A stretch of 64,000 nt of DNA. Origin: Roseibacillus sp. (GTDB taxonomy: Bacteria > Verrucomicrobiota > Verrucomicrobiia > Verrucomicrobiales > Akkermansiaceae). Every line of letters begins with the position of its first letter. Within the stretch, counting starts at the first letter, position 1. The stretch covers positions 96,001 to 160,000 of the forward strand of contig JBPOGI010000001.1 in NCBI GenBank assembly GCA_051251855.1. The letters run 5' to 3'. The translations under genes were made by a program, and so were the position numbers. The notes under the pieces were generated by a model that searched no databases, was not told the origin of the DNA, and saw only the letters and a program-made list of their open reading frames with translations. Positions 46,936 through 56,528 of the stretch are shown here, piece by piece.

Positions 46936-48512
46936 CGCGTTCATCAAACAGTCAAAGATTTTGGTTTATTGCGGCGGTGCTCGTGATGATGGGGGTCTTC
47001 TATTTTCCTCCTATCGAGAACCGGACGGAAGCTGAAGACGCTTATTGGTATGCGCGTGATGTTGAGGTGTTACCCTTTCGGCAACTTCTTCACCCTCACC
47101 ATCGTCTTTATCATCCATTTGCGAAAGGGGTCTTCCTGGTTTCGGGTGCTGAGCGTTCTTTTGATGTGTTGGTTGTTTTAAGCGCTGTTTTGGCGGGAAG
47201 TGGACTGTTTGTTTTCTATTGGCTTGTTAGGCGGCAGAGAGATTGCGGTCCTTGGCAGAGTTTGGCTTGGACGGGGTGCTTGGCCTTTAGTTATGGTTAT
47301 TGGCGTTACGCGCGCGAGGTAGAAGTCTACGCGATGGGCTGGTTGGGTTGCTTGTTAGCAGTCTGGTTTCTGTTTGAAGTGAAGGGGAGTTGGAGGAAGG
47401 GTTTGGTTTTTGCGGTGATGGTGGTCTTGGTGTTGAATGTTCATCGCGCCCTTGGACCTCCTTTACTCGTGATGGGCTTGGCATACTTTTTACACCAAAG
47501 GCAATGGCGTGTCGCATTGGGATGTGCTGGGTTTGGATTGGTTGGCTATTTGGCTGTAGAGGCTAGTTTTGGCGCTGTTTCGATTCCCAAAGAGAGGGGA
47601 GCAGAGTCTAGTGAGATTTCGCAATTTTTTTCGGAGGACGCACTGAGGTCTGTTGGTGAGGAAAGACGGAAGGGTCGTTCGTTGAAGTTGAGTTCGCTGC
47701 CAAAAGCGGCCGTTGGTCTAGGGGTGAGCTTGATGGGGGGGAGCGTTCTGATGTCGTCTGATGAGGTTTTCGAGTTTTTCTCTCACACTCTTTTTCCATA
47801 CCGATTTATGGAGGAGGAGAAGATGATGGCTGAAGGGGTGTCGGCTTGGTGGGTTGTGCCCTGGTTTCTTGGGGTAGCGATTGTGGTAATCCTTTTGATT
47901 CGAGTGGTTTTGGATTTCATTTTAAAGTATCGTAAGTCGTTAAGTAGAGTAAGTGTTGAGGTGTGGGCCGTCGCCGCTGGTTTCTTCTCTTATGCCGGGA
48001 TGATTGTCATCTTCGAGCCAGGAAACCCTGAGATGTGGTTGTTGGGGTTGCCATTATTTTGGCTGATGGTGGTCGTCTTAAGTCGAGGCGTTTCATGTTT
48101 AAGGGTGGGGACTTTGGCCGTGAATTTGGTGCTCACTAGCTATGTGGGTGGAATGGCGCTGCTTTCAGATAAAGGGAGTGACTACCATGATTTTACTTCG
48201 AGCCTGGTTCGCCGCGCTGGAAGTGACGGTGACCTTTACTTGATGGGGACTCAGAATGTGGTTCACAAACGTTATGTGAACTACACGGTAGGGGTAGAGA
48301 CGGTGGTCGTGAGGATTGGGGATGAACGTTTGCCTGAATTTTACGAGTTGATTCGTGGAGAAATTGAAGACGGGAGGAGGGTGTTTGTGCATGAGACTCT
48401 CTCGGTTCTCGACCCAGCGTTGATTGCGGCCTCAGGACTTCGCTTTCATGGCTCTGGTGATAATATGAAGAGCCGAGGGGGCGGAGAACTTATAAGACGG
48501 GATGATGACTGA
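46932..48512 (+). CDS. Polytopic GT-C-fold glycosyltransferase candidate (DUF2723/TMEM260-like motifs)
   Basis: Acidic EAED after TM1, HPHHRLY, FSYGYWRYAREVEVY, more than 10 TM, small C-terminal soluble domain; GTG start overlaps the upstream TGA. Confidence 0.6.
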   Translation: MTRSSNSQRFWFIAAVLVMMGVFYFPPIENRTEAEDAYWYARDVEVLPFRQLLHPHHRLYHPFAKGVFLVSGAERSFDVLVVLSAVLAGSGLFVFYWLVRRQRDCGPWQSLAWTGCLAFSYGYWRYAREVEVYAMGWLGCLLAVWFLFEVKGSWRKGLVFAVMVVLVLNVHRALGPPLLVMGLAYFLHQRQWRVALGCAGFGLVGYLAVEASFGAVSIPKERGAESSEISQFFSEDALRSVGEERRKGRSLKLSSLPKAAVGLGVSLMGGSVLMSSDEVFEFFSHTLFPYRFMEEEKMMAEGVSAWWVVPWFLGVAIVVILLIRVVLDFILKYRKSLSRVSVEVWAVAAGFFSYAGMIVIFEPGNPEMWLLGLPLFWLMVVVLSRGVSCLRVGTLAVNLVLTSYVGGMALLSDKGSDYHDFTSSLVRRAGSDGDLYLMGTQNVVHKRYVNYTVGVETVVVRIGDERLPEFYELIRGEIEDGRRVFVHETLSVLDPALIAASGLRFHGSGDNMKSRGGGELIRRDDD

Positions 48513-50487
48513 TTCACTTTGCAAGAACCGCTTGGTGCTCGTGGGTTGGGCCTTCTCCTTGATTGGGTTGATATACGCTGCTGTCGTGGCGACTGGAGCA
48601 GAATTGACAAGGCTTTCCTTGATAATGCCTCCCATGTTTTTAGGCGCGGTTCTCTGTGTGTTGTTCGGACCTAAGAGGAGAGATGTTTGGGTTCTTGCTG
48701 GAATAGGATTAGTTTCTGGATATCTTTTAGCGAGAGGAGGTCTTTCCCCGGTTTGGGATTTAGCTCGGAGAGATTTGTTCTTAGTCGTGGCAGGGCTTTT
48801 GGGATATCTCTCGGCGTCTTCTGCCCTGCGATTGCGTGGGGGGAGGGTAATGTTCTTGGCCGCAATTGTAGTTCTTATTCTGGGCAATACGTTGGTGGGG
48901 ATCTATCAATGGCAGATTGATGAGGGGTTTGCCTTTCTGCGATCAGAACGCTCAGACACTGCGGGTATAAGTGGATTTTACTATCATCGAAACTATTTGG
49001 CGGGATTCTGCGAGATTGCTTGTCCGGTTCTTTTTGCTGCTAGTTTAAGCCGAACTACTTGGCTTGGACGGTTGGGAGTGGCTTTACCTCTGGTCCTTGG
49101 CGTTGGTATCTGTTTCTTGAGTAATTCTCGGGGAGGATTTGGTGTCATGGTGCTGGCTTGTCTGGTTGTCTATTTTTTGGAGTCGTTGAGGACGCGAAAG
49201 AAGAATAGCCGGCAAACAAAGTCTGAGGCTTTGAGGCCGTTGGTCGTCACGGTGGTATTAGTCGTTCTTGGCTTGGTTGGCAGATATTGTTGGCTAGCAA
49301 TTTTCGAGAACAGAGGCGGTACTGGGGGGGCTGAGGGTTCGTTGCTAGGAAGATTGAAAATGGCGGGGCTCGCCTTTGATATCTGGCTTGAAAGTCCTCT
49401 GTGGGGGATGGGTGCTGAGAGTTATTCTTATCTCTTTCCAAGGTTTTTTGCAGGTTTGCCGGGCTGGCTTGGAGATGCGCAGATGGCTCATTCCGACTAT
49501 TTGCAGCTTTTGACGGACTATGGAGCGGTCGGTCTGATTGCGGTCGTGCTTCTTATCGGAGGGATGGCATTTCTTGTTCTCAGGCGGATTGATTTTGGCA
49601 CCGAAAATTTTGACGAGCAAGAGTGCGGAGTTCTTTGGCTACGGTCAGCTGCTGCCGGGGCTCTTGTTGCGGAGGTTCTGAGGGCGACGCTTGACTTTAA
49701 TCTTCATGTTGCCCCTAACCTTATCGTCTTTGCAATGGTTGTGGCTGGGGGGGGGAGTTGTTATCAGGATCTAGTTGGCAAGGTGGTTAAAAACGGCAAA
49801 TCCGTTCTTAAGTTAGATCCCCTTTCAAGGGGGCTTGCTGTAGTGATGGCAATCGGAGCTGGGGGATATGGGATATGGGCAGGGGAAAACGAGATTTTGG
49901 CAGCGCGTGACTGGGCGGCTATAGAGGTGTTGAGGCAACGCGGTGAGAATGATGAGGTCGCCTTGAGACGCTTTAGTGAGAAGGCTCCTTCTTTCCGAGT
50001 TTTGCGAAGGGTCGCCCAGAACTCATTTGATGATGCGCTTGAGTCAGCGGATGGGAGTGACTTTATCCAAACGAGCGAGGATTGGAGGCGGTTAGTCGAA
50101 ATTCATCCTTTGGATGGAGAAAGCTTAGCGAATTATGCTCGTTGTCTCGATGAGATGAAGATGTTTGAGAAAGCCGAGAACTATCACGCAAGAGCCTTGG
50201 AGGCGGTGGCAAGGCGTGAGAACCATTACGGGGTCATTCATGGCGTTGGCTGGCATCTTGTGAGAAGAGCCAATGAGAACGCGCGAGCACGTCGTCCGGG
50301 AGAAGCCCTGTTTCTTTATTTGAGTGCGAAAGAGGTTTTCGAAGAGAGTCGTCAAAGAGGATTTTCGAGAACTCGACATAACCGTGACGCGCTAAAATGG
50401 GTGGAGAAGCGGATCGAGTTTTTAGAAGGGGCGCGTATCGAGCCGGAGTCTGTTGATGTTCTTGACTGGAAGTCAAAGCTTCTCTAG
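48502..50487 (+). CDS. O-antigen ligase / O-oligosaccharyltransferase-like protein with C-terminal TPR-like helices
   Basis: GFYYHRNYLAG, SNSRGG, R......F.IW.ESPLWGMG, AHSDYLQLL.DYG, DFNLH; helical C-terminus. Confidence 0.8.
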   Translation: MMTDSLCKNRLVLVGWAFSLIGLIYAAVVATGAELTRLSLIMPPMFLGAVLCVLFGPKRRDVWVLAGIGLVSGYLLARGGLSPVWDLARRDLFLVVAGLLGYLSASSALRLRGGRVMFLAAIVVLILGNTLVGIYQWQIDEGFAFLRSERSDTAGISGFYYHRNYLAGFCEIACPVLFAASLSRTTWLGRLGVALPLVLGVGICFLSNSRGGFGVMVLACLVVYFLESLRTRKKNSRQTKSEALRPLVVTVVLVVLGLVGRYCWLAIFENRGGTGGAEGSLLGRLKMAGLAFDIWLESPLWGMGAESYSYLFPRFFAGLPGWLGDAQMAHSDYLQLLTDYGAVGLIAVVLLIGGMAFLVLRRIDFGTENFDEQECGVLWLRSAAAGALVAEVLRATLDFNLHVAPNLIVFAMVVAGGGSCYQDLVGKVVKNGKSVLKLDPLSRGLAVVMAIGAGGYGIWAGENEILAARDWAAIEVLRQRGENDEVALRRFSEKAPSFRVLRRVAQNSFDDALESADGSDFIQTSEDWRRLVEIHPLDGESLANYARCLDEMKMFEKAENYHARALEAVARRENHYGVIHGVGWHLVRRANENARARRPGEALFLYLSAKEVFEESRQRGFSRTRHNRDALKWVEKRIEFLEGARIEPESVDVLDWKSKLL

Positions 50488-51930
50488 GTGCAGTTGGCGA
50501 CGAAAGAAAAACCTTACATGGAAAACGGAAAAAAAGAGACCTTTTCGATTCAAATACTTCAACTGGTCGATGCTGCACTCATTGGTGCGTCCTTTTGGAT
50601 TGCCTCTCTACTTCGCGATCCGTTTCGAGAGGTCGCTGGCTTGGGGGAATTGAAGGCATCTCAAGGAGGTCTGAGCGATCTGACGTGGGTGCTTTTCATT
50701 GTGGTTCCTTTTCTTCCTATTGTCCTTGAGATTTTTGGGTTCTATCGGAACCCCTTACGAAAGCGCCTAGGGACTTCGTTTGTTCAGCTTCTACAGGCGC
50801 TGGTCGTGGTTTGTCTAATAGTGGGATTGTTAGTGATTTTTTGGAAAATTTCGGTAGCGAGTCGATGGATTTTGGGCGCAGGGATTCCCATTACTGTGGT
50901 GTTCCTGCTTTTGCGGGAGGCGGCGACGAGGAGTATTGTGCTTCATGCCGTGCGAGCTGAGGATGCGAAGGAGGCTGTCATTATCTCTGGAGGTGAGGCT
51001 GAGATCGTTGAATTTTTGGAGGAGACTTCGGAAGAAGTTCAGGCAGGATGGAAGATTGTGGATCGGATTGATTTGAGGGAGGTGTCGGTGGATGATTTTG
51101 AGGCGAAAATCAAGGCTGCTTCTGTGGGGAGGGTGCTCTTTCTGGCAAGGCATACCGAGTTTGGGCAGTTGGCGAAGGCGATTGAGGTCTGCGAGCTGCA
51201 GGGGGTCGAGGCTTGGATTTCGGCTGGGTTCATTCGAACTCAGATTGCCCGGCCTGATTTCGATTTGTTGGGAGGTAAGCCAATGTTGGTGTTGCGCTCG
51301 ACGCCTGAACTTTCTTGGGCGCTGCTGGCGAAGTCTGTTTTTGATCGACTGGGAGCGACTGTGATTATTCTGGCGAGCTCGGTTCTGTGGATTGTTGCTG
51401 CGATTGGGATTAAGATTAAGAGTCCCTCAGGGCCGGTTTTATTTAAACAGAAGAGGGCTGGGCGCTATGGTAAGCCTTTCATGATGTATAAATTCCGGAC
51501 AATGGTGCCGGATGCGGAGGCTCGTCTTGCGGATGTGAAGAAGGAGGTGGGGAATGATATGAGTGGCCCGGTCTTTAAGGTGGAAAATGACCCGCGGATT
51601 TTTTCTTTCGGAACTTGGTTACGAAAGACAAGCATTGATGAGTTGCCGCAGCTACTCAATGTCTTAAAGGGGGATATGAGCTTGGTGGGTCCGAGACCGT
51701 TGCCTCTCTATGAGGTCGATAAGTTTGAGCGAATGGAGCATCGTCGTCGCTTGAGTGTGCGCCCCGGTATTACCTGCACTTGGCAAGCAGGTGGTCGGAA
51801 TCAGATTACAAAATTCGATGACTGGGTGAAGATGGATCTCGACTACATCGACAATTGGTCGTTGTGGACGGATTTCAAAATTCTTCTCAAGACCATTCCT
51901 GCCGTTCTTTTCAGTAAGGGTGCGAAATAG
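50488..51930 (+). CDS. Priming polyprenyl-phosphate glycosyl-1-phosphate transferase (WcaJ/CpsE family)
   Basis: GPVLFKQKR.G..GKPF.MYKFRTM, DPRI, RKTSIDELPQLLNVLKGDMSLVGPRP, PGITCTWQ, DLDYI. Confidence 0.93.
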   Translation: MQLATKEKPYMENGKKETFSIQILQLVDAALIGASFWIASLLRDPFREVAGLGELKASQGGLSDLTWVLFIVVPFLPIVLEIFGFYRNPLRKRLGTSFVQLLQALVVVCLIVGLLVIFWKISVASRWILGAGIPITVVFLLLREAATRSIVLHAVRAEDAKEAVIISGGEAEIVEFLEETSEEVQAGWKIVDRIDLREVSVDDFEAKIKAASVGRVLFLARHTEFGQLAKAIEVCELQGVEAWISAGFIRTQIARPDFDLLGGKPMLVLRSTPELSWALLAKSVFDRLGATVIILASSVLWIVAAIGIKIKSPSGPVLFKQKRAGRYGKPFMMYKFRTMVPDAEARLADVKKEVGNDMSGPVFKVENDPRIFSFGTWLRKTSIDELPQLLNVLKGDMSLVGPRPLPLYEVDKFERMEHRRRLSVRPGITCTWQAGGRNQITKFDDWVKMDLDYIDNWSLWTDFKILLKTIPAVLFSKGAK

Positions 51931-51996
51931 GGCAAAGTTGTTTCGCTCAATGATTGTCAATCGTTACCGTTTCGCCACACTTGCGCGCTGACACCC

Positions 51997-52944
51997 ATGA
52001 AGTTAATTTCAGGAACCGCTCACGAAGAGCTTTCGAAAGGAATCGCCCGTTTTTTGGGGCAGGAACTTGTTGATGTGAAGGTGGACTCTTTTCCTGATGG
52101 GGAGACGTTCGTGAAGATAAACGAGAATATTCGGGGGGAGGATCTTTTCATCATTCAGCCGACGTGCCCTCCGACCAATCACAACCTTATGGAGTTGTTG
52201 ATTACGGTAGATGCGGCGCGAAGGGCAAGTGCGGGTAATATTACGGCGGTAATTCCGTTTTTTGGCTATGCGCGGCAGGATCGGAAGGATCAGCCCCGAG
52301 TGCCCATTACGGCTAAGTTGGTGGCTAATCTTTTGACGGCAGCGGGCGTCCAGAGGGTGGTGACGATGGATTTGCATGCAGCGCAGATTCAGGGCTTCTT
52401 TGATATTCCGGTGGATCATCTTTATGCGAAGCGGGCGCTCATTGGGGCGGTTCGAGAGCATCGCAAGGGGTTGGCCCCAGAGTCTTTGACGGTGGTTTCT
52501 CCTGATGTGGGGGGGGTGAAGATTGCGCGTGCGTATTCGGATCTGCTGGGAGCGGGCTTGGCGATTGTGGCGAAGCATCGCGTGAGTGCGACTGAGGTTG
52601 AGGCCATGAATTTGATAGGAACCGTTGAGGGGCAGGACGTGCTCATAGTCGATGATATGACGGAAACGGCAGGGACTCTCTGCGCGGCGGCGAAAATCGT
52701 GGCTGCGAATGGCGCACGGCGCATTTTTGCCGGTGTTTCTCACGCTGTTTTGGGCGATTTAGGGCGTAAGCGGATTGAAGAATCAGCGATTGAGAAGCTT
52801 CTGACGACGAACTCTACTCCGGTCGCAAATGAGGGAAAAGTGGAGGTTGTCGATCTCTCCGCACTCTTTGGAGAGGCCATTATGTGCATTCATGAGGGAA
52901 AATCAGTCAGTTCTCTCTTTGACATCAAGGGCCCAGAGGTGTAA
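51997..52944 (+). CDS. prs: Ribose-phosphate pyrophosphokinase
   Basis: FPDGE, YARQDRK, DLHA.QIQGFF, SPDVGG, VDDM..TAGTL. Confidence 0.96.
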   Translation: MKLISGTAHEELSKGIARFLGQELVDVKVDSFPDGETFVKINENIRGEDLFIIQPTCPPTNHNLMELLITVDAARRASAGNITAVIPFFGYARQDRKDQPRVPITAKLVANLLTAAGVQRVVTMDLHAAQIQGFFDIPVDHLYAKRALIGAVREHRKGLAPESLTVVSPDVGGVKIARAYSDLLGAGLAIVAKHRVSATEVEAMNLIGTVEGQDVLIVDDMTETAGTLCAAAKIVAANGARRIFAGVSHAVLGDLGRKRIEESAIEKLLTTNSTPVANEGKVEVVDLSALFGEAIMCIHEGKSVSSLFDIKGPEV

Positions 52945-53016
52945 TCACCGCCGCCCTAGCGCGATTAAAGTTCGATGAACCCATCTCACGCTCCCAATTT
53001 TTAACATCAAGAAGCC

Positions 53017-53658
53017 ATGGCAAAGACCGCAACACTGAAAGCAGAAGAACGCAAACGGACTGGTTCCGGACTCCTCAAGCAAATGCGCAAGGAGGGATGG
53101 GTTCCTTCCGTCGTTTACGGCGGAACAGAAGAAAATCACAATGTGAAGATTAACGCGAAGGCGTTCCGCGAGCTTCTCGCTGCGAGTGCTTCAGACAGTT
53201 TCCTTGTGAATCTTGAACTCGATAGCGGCAAAAGCCAATTGGCCTTTGTTCAAGACATTCAGCACGATGCCCTTTCCTCAACAATTGTTCATGCTGACTT
53301 CCTTGCTGTGAGCGCTACTACTGAGATTAATGCTCACTTGCCAGTAATTCTTTCTGGTGAGCCTGCTGGCGCGAAGGTTGGTGGTATTTTGGAGCAGCAG
53401 TTGCACGGTCTCGACGTGTCCTGTTTGCCGAAAGACTTGCCTGAGACTCTGCAAGCTGATGTGTCACACATGGACATTGGAGACATGCTTCAAGTGAAGG
53501 ATTTGGTCCTTCCTGAGGGAGTCGTTGCAGGTATCGCTGGTGACGTAAACATCGCAACGGTTGCTATCACTCGTGTTGCTAAGAGTGAAGGCGTCGAAGG
53601 AGAAGAAGGTGAAGAAGGCGCTGAGGGCGAAGCGGCTCCAGCTGCCGCTGCTGAGTAA
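53017..53658 (+). CDS. rplY: 50S ribosomal protein bL25/Ctc
   Basis: R..G.VPSVVYG, HADF, GGILEQ, LP..LPE, acidic tail; prs-rplY-pth order. Confidence 0.93.
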   Translation: MAKTATLKAEERKRTGSGLLKQMRKEGWVPSVVYGGTEENHNVKINAKAFRELLAASASDSFLVNLELDSGKSQLAFVQDIQHDALSSTIVHADFLAVSATTEINAHLPVILSGEPAGAKVGGILEQQLHGLDVSCLPKDLPETLQADVSHMDIGDMLQVKDLVLPEGVVAGIAGDVNIATVAITRVAKSEGVEGEEGEEGAEGEAAPAAAAE

Positions 53659-53686
53659 GAGTCTCCTGATTTCTAATTTTGAAAAG

Positions 53687-53713
53687 ACCCGTCTCAATCG
53701 AGACGGGTTTTTT
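53687..53713 (+). terminator. Intrinsic terminator after rplY
   Basis: ACCCGTCTC-aatc-GAGACGGGT followed by a T tract. Confidence 0.85.
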
Positions 53714-53752
53714 ATTTGTCTCGATCGTGAATCGAGAGAATAAGGAGCGTCT

Positions 53753-54391
53753 GTGAGCGAATTGAAATTGATCGTCGGCTTAGGGAATCCTGGTCGCGAA
53801 TACGAAGGCACCAGACATAATATCGGTTTCGAGGTGTTAGACCTTTGGGCTCACGAAAAGCGGGTTGAATTCGAGGTTCAGCGCAAATGGGAGGGTGAGG
53901 TGGCTAAGGCAGGAAGTGTGACTGCACTCAAACCGATGACCTTTATGAATTTGAGCGGTCGCTCGGTGGCCAGCTTGGCGCGATTCTATCGCTGGACTCC
54001 GGAACAGATTCTGGTGGTTTATGATGATGTTTCTTTGCCGGTGGGGACCTTACGGTTTCGTGCCAATGGAGGAGATGGTGGACACAATGGAATCAAGTCT
54101 TTGATCGCCTGTTTGGGTTCCAAAGAGTTCCCGCGATTGAAAGTGGGAGTCGGTTCGGCGGGGCCGGGATCACTTGTGGGACACGTGTTAGGCAAATTTG
54201 CACCAAATGAACGCGAAGAAGTGCAAAACACGCTTGCAAGAGCGGTGCTAGCCGTTCAGCTTGCCGCTTCGGCTGGCGTGACGAGCGCAGCTAATGAATT
54301 TAACGTTAAAAACAAAACGAAGCAAGAGCACCCGAGCAACGATGAGCAGGAAATACGAAGGTCTGATAGTGTTGAACACAAAGGGGAATGA
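53753..54391 (+). CDS. pth: Peptidyl-tRNA hydrolase
   Basis: LIVGLGNPG..Y..TRHNIGF, KPMTFMNLSG, YDD, GGHNGIKS. Confidence 0.96.
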   Translation: MSELKLIVGLGNPGREYEGTRHNIGFEVLDLWAHEKRVEFEVQRKWEGEVAKAGSVTALKPMTFMNLSGRSVASLARFYRWTPEQILVVYDDVSLPVGTLRFRANGGDGGHNGIKSLIACLGSKEFPRLKVGVGSAGPGSLVGHVLGKFAPNEREEVQNTLARAVLAVQLAASAGVTSAANEFNVKNKTKQEHPSNDEQEIRRSDSVEHKGE

Positions 54392-54629
54392 TAAGGGCGT
54401 AGACGACCTTGTCAGTAATGTGGGCAAAGAGATGGAAGCAGCAGGAGCCAAACTGGATGAGATCCAGCAATTGGGTCGACGTCAGTTCGCGTATAATGCG
54501 CGCGATCTTGATGGGGGGCATTACGTGAACTATGTCTTTGAGGCCTCTCCCGAGGTTATTCTTAAGATTCAGGAGCGTTTGAAGCTGAATGATGTTGTGC
54601 ATCTTCAGCATTACCAGCGTCTCTCCTAG
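54342..54629 (+). CDS. rpsF: 30S ribosomal protein bS6
   Basis: MSRKYE, LGRRQFAY, GHY...F; between pth and ssb; ATG at 54342. Confidence 0.88.
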   Translation: MSRKYEGLIVLNTKGNDKGVDDLVSNVGKEMEAAGAKLDEIQQLGRRQFAYNARDLDGGHYVNYVFEASPEVILKIQERLKLNDVVHLQHYQRLS

Positions 54630-54700
54630 TCTTCCCTCGCGGGTGAAAATTGATTTTGCTCTTGTGCATGCGAACAGTGTGTCGATAGCATCCTCCAATC

Positions 54701-55201
54701 ATGGCAAATTTAAACAAAGTCTATTTGATGGGTCGCCTAACGCGGGACCCAGAACTCCGTTATACTCCCAAGGGGACTGCGGTGGCTGACATTGCAATGG
54801 CGATCAATCGCTATCGTGGTGGCGGTGATGGTGGAGAGAGAACCGAGGAGACGACCTTTGTGGACGTGACTCTTTGGGGGCGCCAAGCGGAGACCGCGAA
54901 TCAATATTTAGCCAAAGGGCGCGAAGTCTTCATCGAGGGCCGACTCCAGTTGGACTCGTGGGAAGATAAAGCTTCTGGCCAAAAGCGCAGTAAGCTGAAG
55001 GTGGTTGGCGAGTCGATGCAGTTTGTTGGTGGCCCTGGTGGCGGCGGACAAGGCGGCGGAGGAGGAGCCCAAGGCGGCGGAGGATATCAATCCGAGGGCA
55101 GCGGTGCTCCACAGCAACAGCAAGCTCCACCACAAGAGAGTGCACCACCGCAGAGTTCGGGTGGTGGCTTTGATGAGGAAGAGGACGATATTCCATTTTA
55201 G
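54701..55201 (+). CDS. ssb: Single-stranded DNA-binding protein
   Basis: LNKVYLMGRLTRDPELRYTP.G, IEGRL, Gly-rich linker, DDIPF tail. Confidence 0.97.
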   Translation: MANLNKVYLMGRLTRDPELRYTPKGTAVADIAMAINRYRGGGDGGERTEETTFVDVTLWGRQAETANQYLAKGREVFIEGRLQLDSWEDKASGQKRSKLKVVGESMQFVGGPGGGGQGGGGGAQGGGGYQSEGSGAPQQQQAPPQESAPPQSSGGGFDEEEDDIPF

Positions 55202-55227
55202 GAATGTCGCTTGACTCAGAATTTTTG

Positions 55228-55257
55228 AAAGGCTCGCTGATTCAGCGGGCCTTTTTT
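55228..55257. terminator. Bidirectional terminator between ssb and rlmN
   Basis: AAAGGCTCGCTG-att-CAGCGGGCCTTTTTT. Confidence 0.8.
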
Positions 55258-55309
55258 GTGGGGCCTTTTTGTGGGGCCAATAGGCGGGGGTCTTGGGGCT
55301 TGGGGGGGA

Positions 55310-56374
55310 TTATGCTTCCTTGAGTTCTTCTCGGAGGCGGAGTTGTCCGCAAGCGGCGTCAATGTCGTGACCCTTTTCGAGGCGAAGGGTGGCTGGGACA
55401 TCGAATTTGGAGAGAATGTTTCGGAAGGCGCGGCAATGGTCTTCGGAGGGGCGTTCCCATTCGAGGCCTTCGACGGTGTTGTAAGGAATGAGGTTGACGA
55501 AGGCTCCCACGCTCTTGGCTCGTTTGGCGAGGATGCGTGCTTGCTCAAGGTCGTCGTTGACTCCTTTGATGAGGATGTATTCGAGGGTGAGGCGTTGCTT
55601 TTTCTTTGAAATCCAATAGCGAAGAGCGTCGAAAAGCTCATCGAGGCCCCAGCGGTCGTTGACTGGCATGATTTTCGAGCGCACTTCGTCGGTGGCTCCA
55701 TGAAGAGAGATGGCTAGCCTGATTTGACGAGGGTGGTCGGCAAGTTTTTTGATTTGTGGGACGAGACCCGAGGTCGAGATAGTGAGGTGGCGAGAGCCGA
55801 TGTGAAGGCCTTCCTGCGAGGTGATGAGGTCGATGGCCTTGAGGAGATTTGGGAGGTTGGCGAGAGGTTCGCCCATGCCCATGAAGACCAGGTTGTTGAC
55901 TCGGGTGTCAGCCAGTTCTTCGGCGAGAAGGATTTGGGAGACGATTTCGTCGGTGGTCAGGTTTCGGGTCAATCCGAGGAGGCCAGAGGCGCAGAATTTG
56001 CAAGCAAAGGCGCAGCCGACTTGGGAAGAGACGCAAAGGGTGAGTCGGTCGGATTTGTTGCCGTAAAGGCCTACCGAGGCAGGAATGAGCACGCATTCGA
56101 CGAAGCGGCCGTCGTTGAGCTTGAGTAGGAGTTTGCGGGTGGTGTCTTCAGAGCCTTGGGCCTGAGCAACGGTGGGGACGCTGAGTTGGTAGCTGTTCTT
56201 GAGGGTCTCACGCAGGTCAGCAGGCAGGTTGGACATCTCGTCGATGCTGGAAACGCGCTTCTTCCAAAGCCAATCTAGAACCTGGGTACTGCGATAAGCC
56301 GGTTGACCGAGTTCCTGAAAGGATTTTGAGAATTCGTCCGGGGTGAGGGAACGGAGGTTGGGTTTTTCTGCCAC
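55310..56374 (-). CDS. rlmN: 23S rRNA/tRNA methyltransferase RlmN
   Basis: CVSSQVGCAFACKFC radical-SAM motif, MGMGEP, ISLH, NLIPYN, DIDAACGQL. Confidence 0.95.
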   Translation of the reverse strand: MAEKPNLRSLTPDEFSKSFQELGQPAYRSTQVLDWLWKKRVSSIDEMSNLPADLRETLKNSYQLSVPTVAQAQGSEDTTRKLLLKLNDGRFVECVLIPASVGLYGNKSDRLTLCVSSQVGCAFACKFCASGLLGLTRNLTTDEIVSQILLAEELADTRVNNLVFMGMGEPLANLPNLLKAIDLITSQEGLHIGSRHLTISTSGLVPQIKKLADHPRQIRLAISLHGATDEVRSKIMPVNDRWGLDELFDALRYWISKKKQRLTLEYILIKGVNDDLEQARILAKRAKSVGAFVNLIPYNTVEGLEWERPSEDHCRAFRNILSKFDVPATLRLEKGHDIDAACGQLRLREELKEA

Positions 56375-56528
56375 GAGGGGAGACTCTTTGGTGAATTGGG
56401 TAAAATCAAGTTCTGGGTCTGAATTTTCCCTGAAGAAAGGGACTTTTATGGTAATTGGCCCAAAAGGAGACTCGATTTCTCTTGCGCGGGTGGGGCTGTC
56501 GTTTTAGACCCCTCTCACTCTAAACGAT

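Noticed and set aside
55247..55278. GGGCCTTTTT(T)GTG duplicated after the ssb terminator
   Set aside because: Only two short copies, likely slippage of the terminator 3' arm; no spacers, so not CRISPR or a REP array
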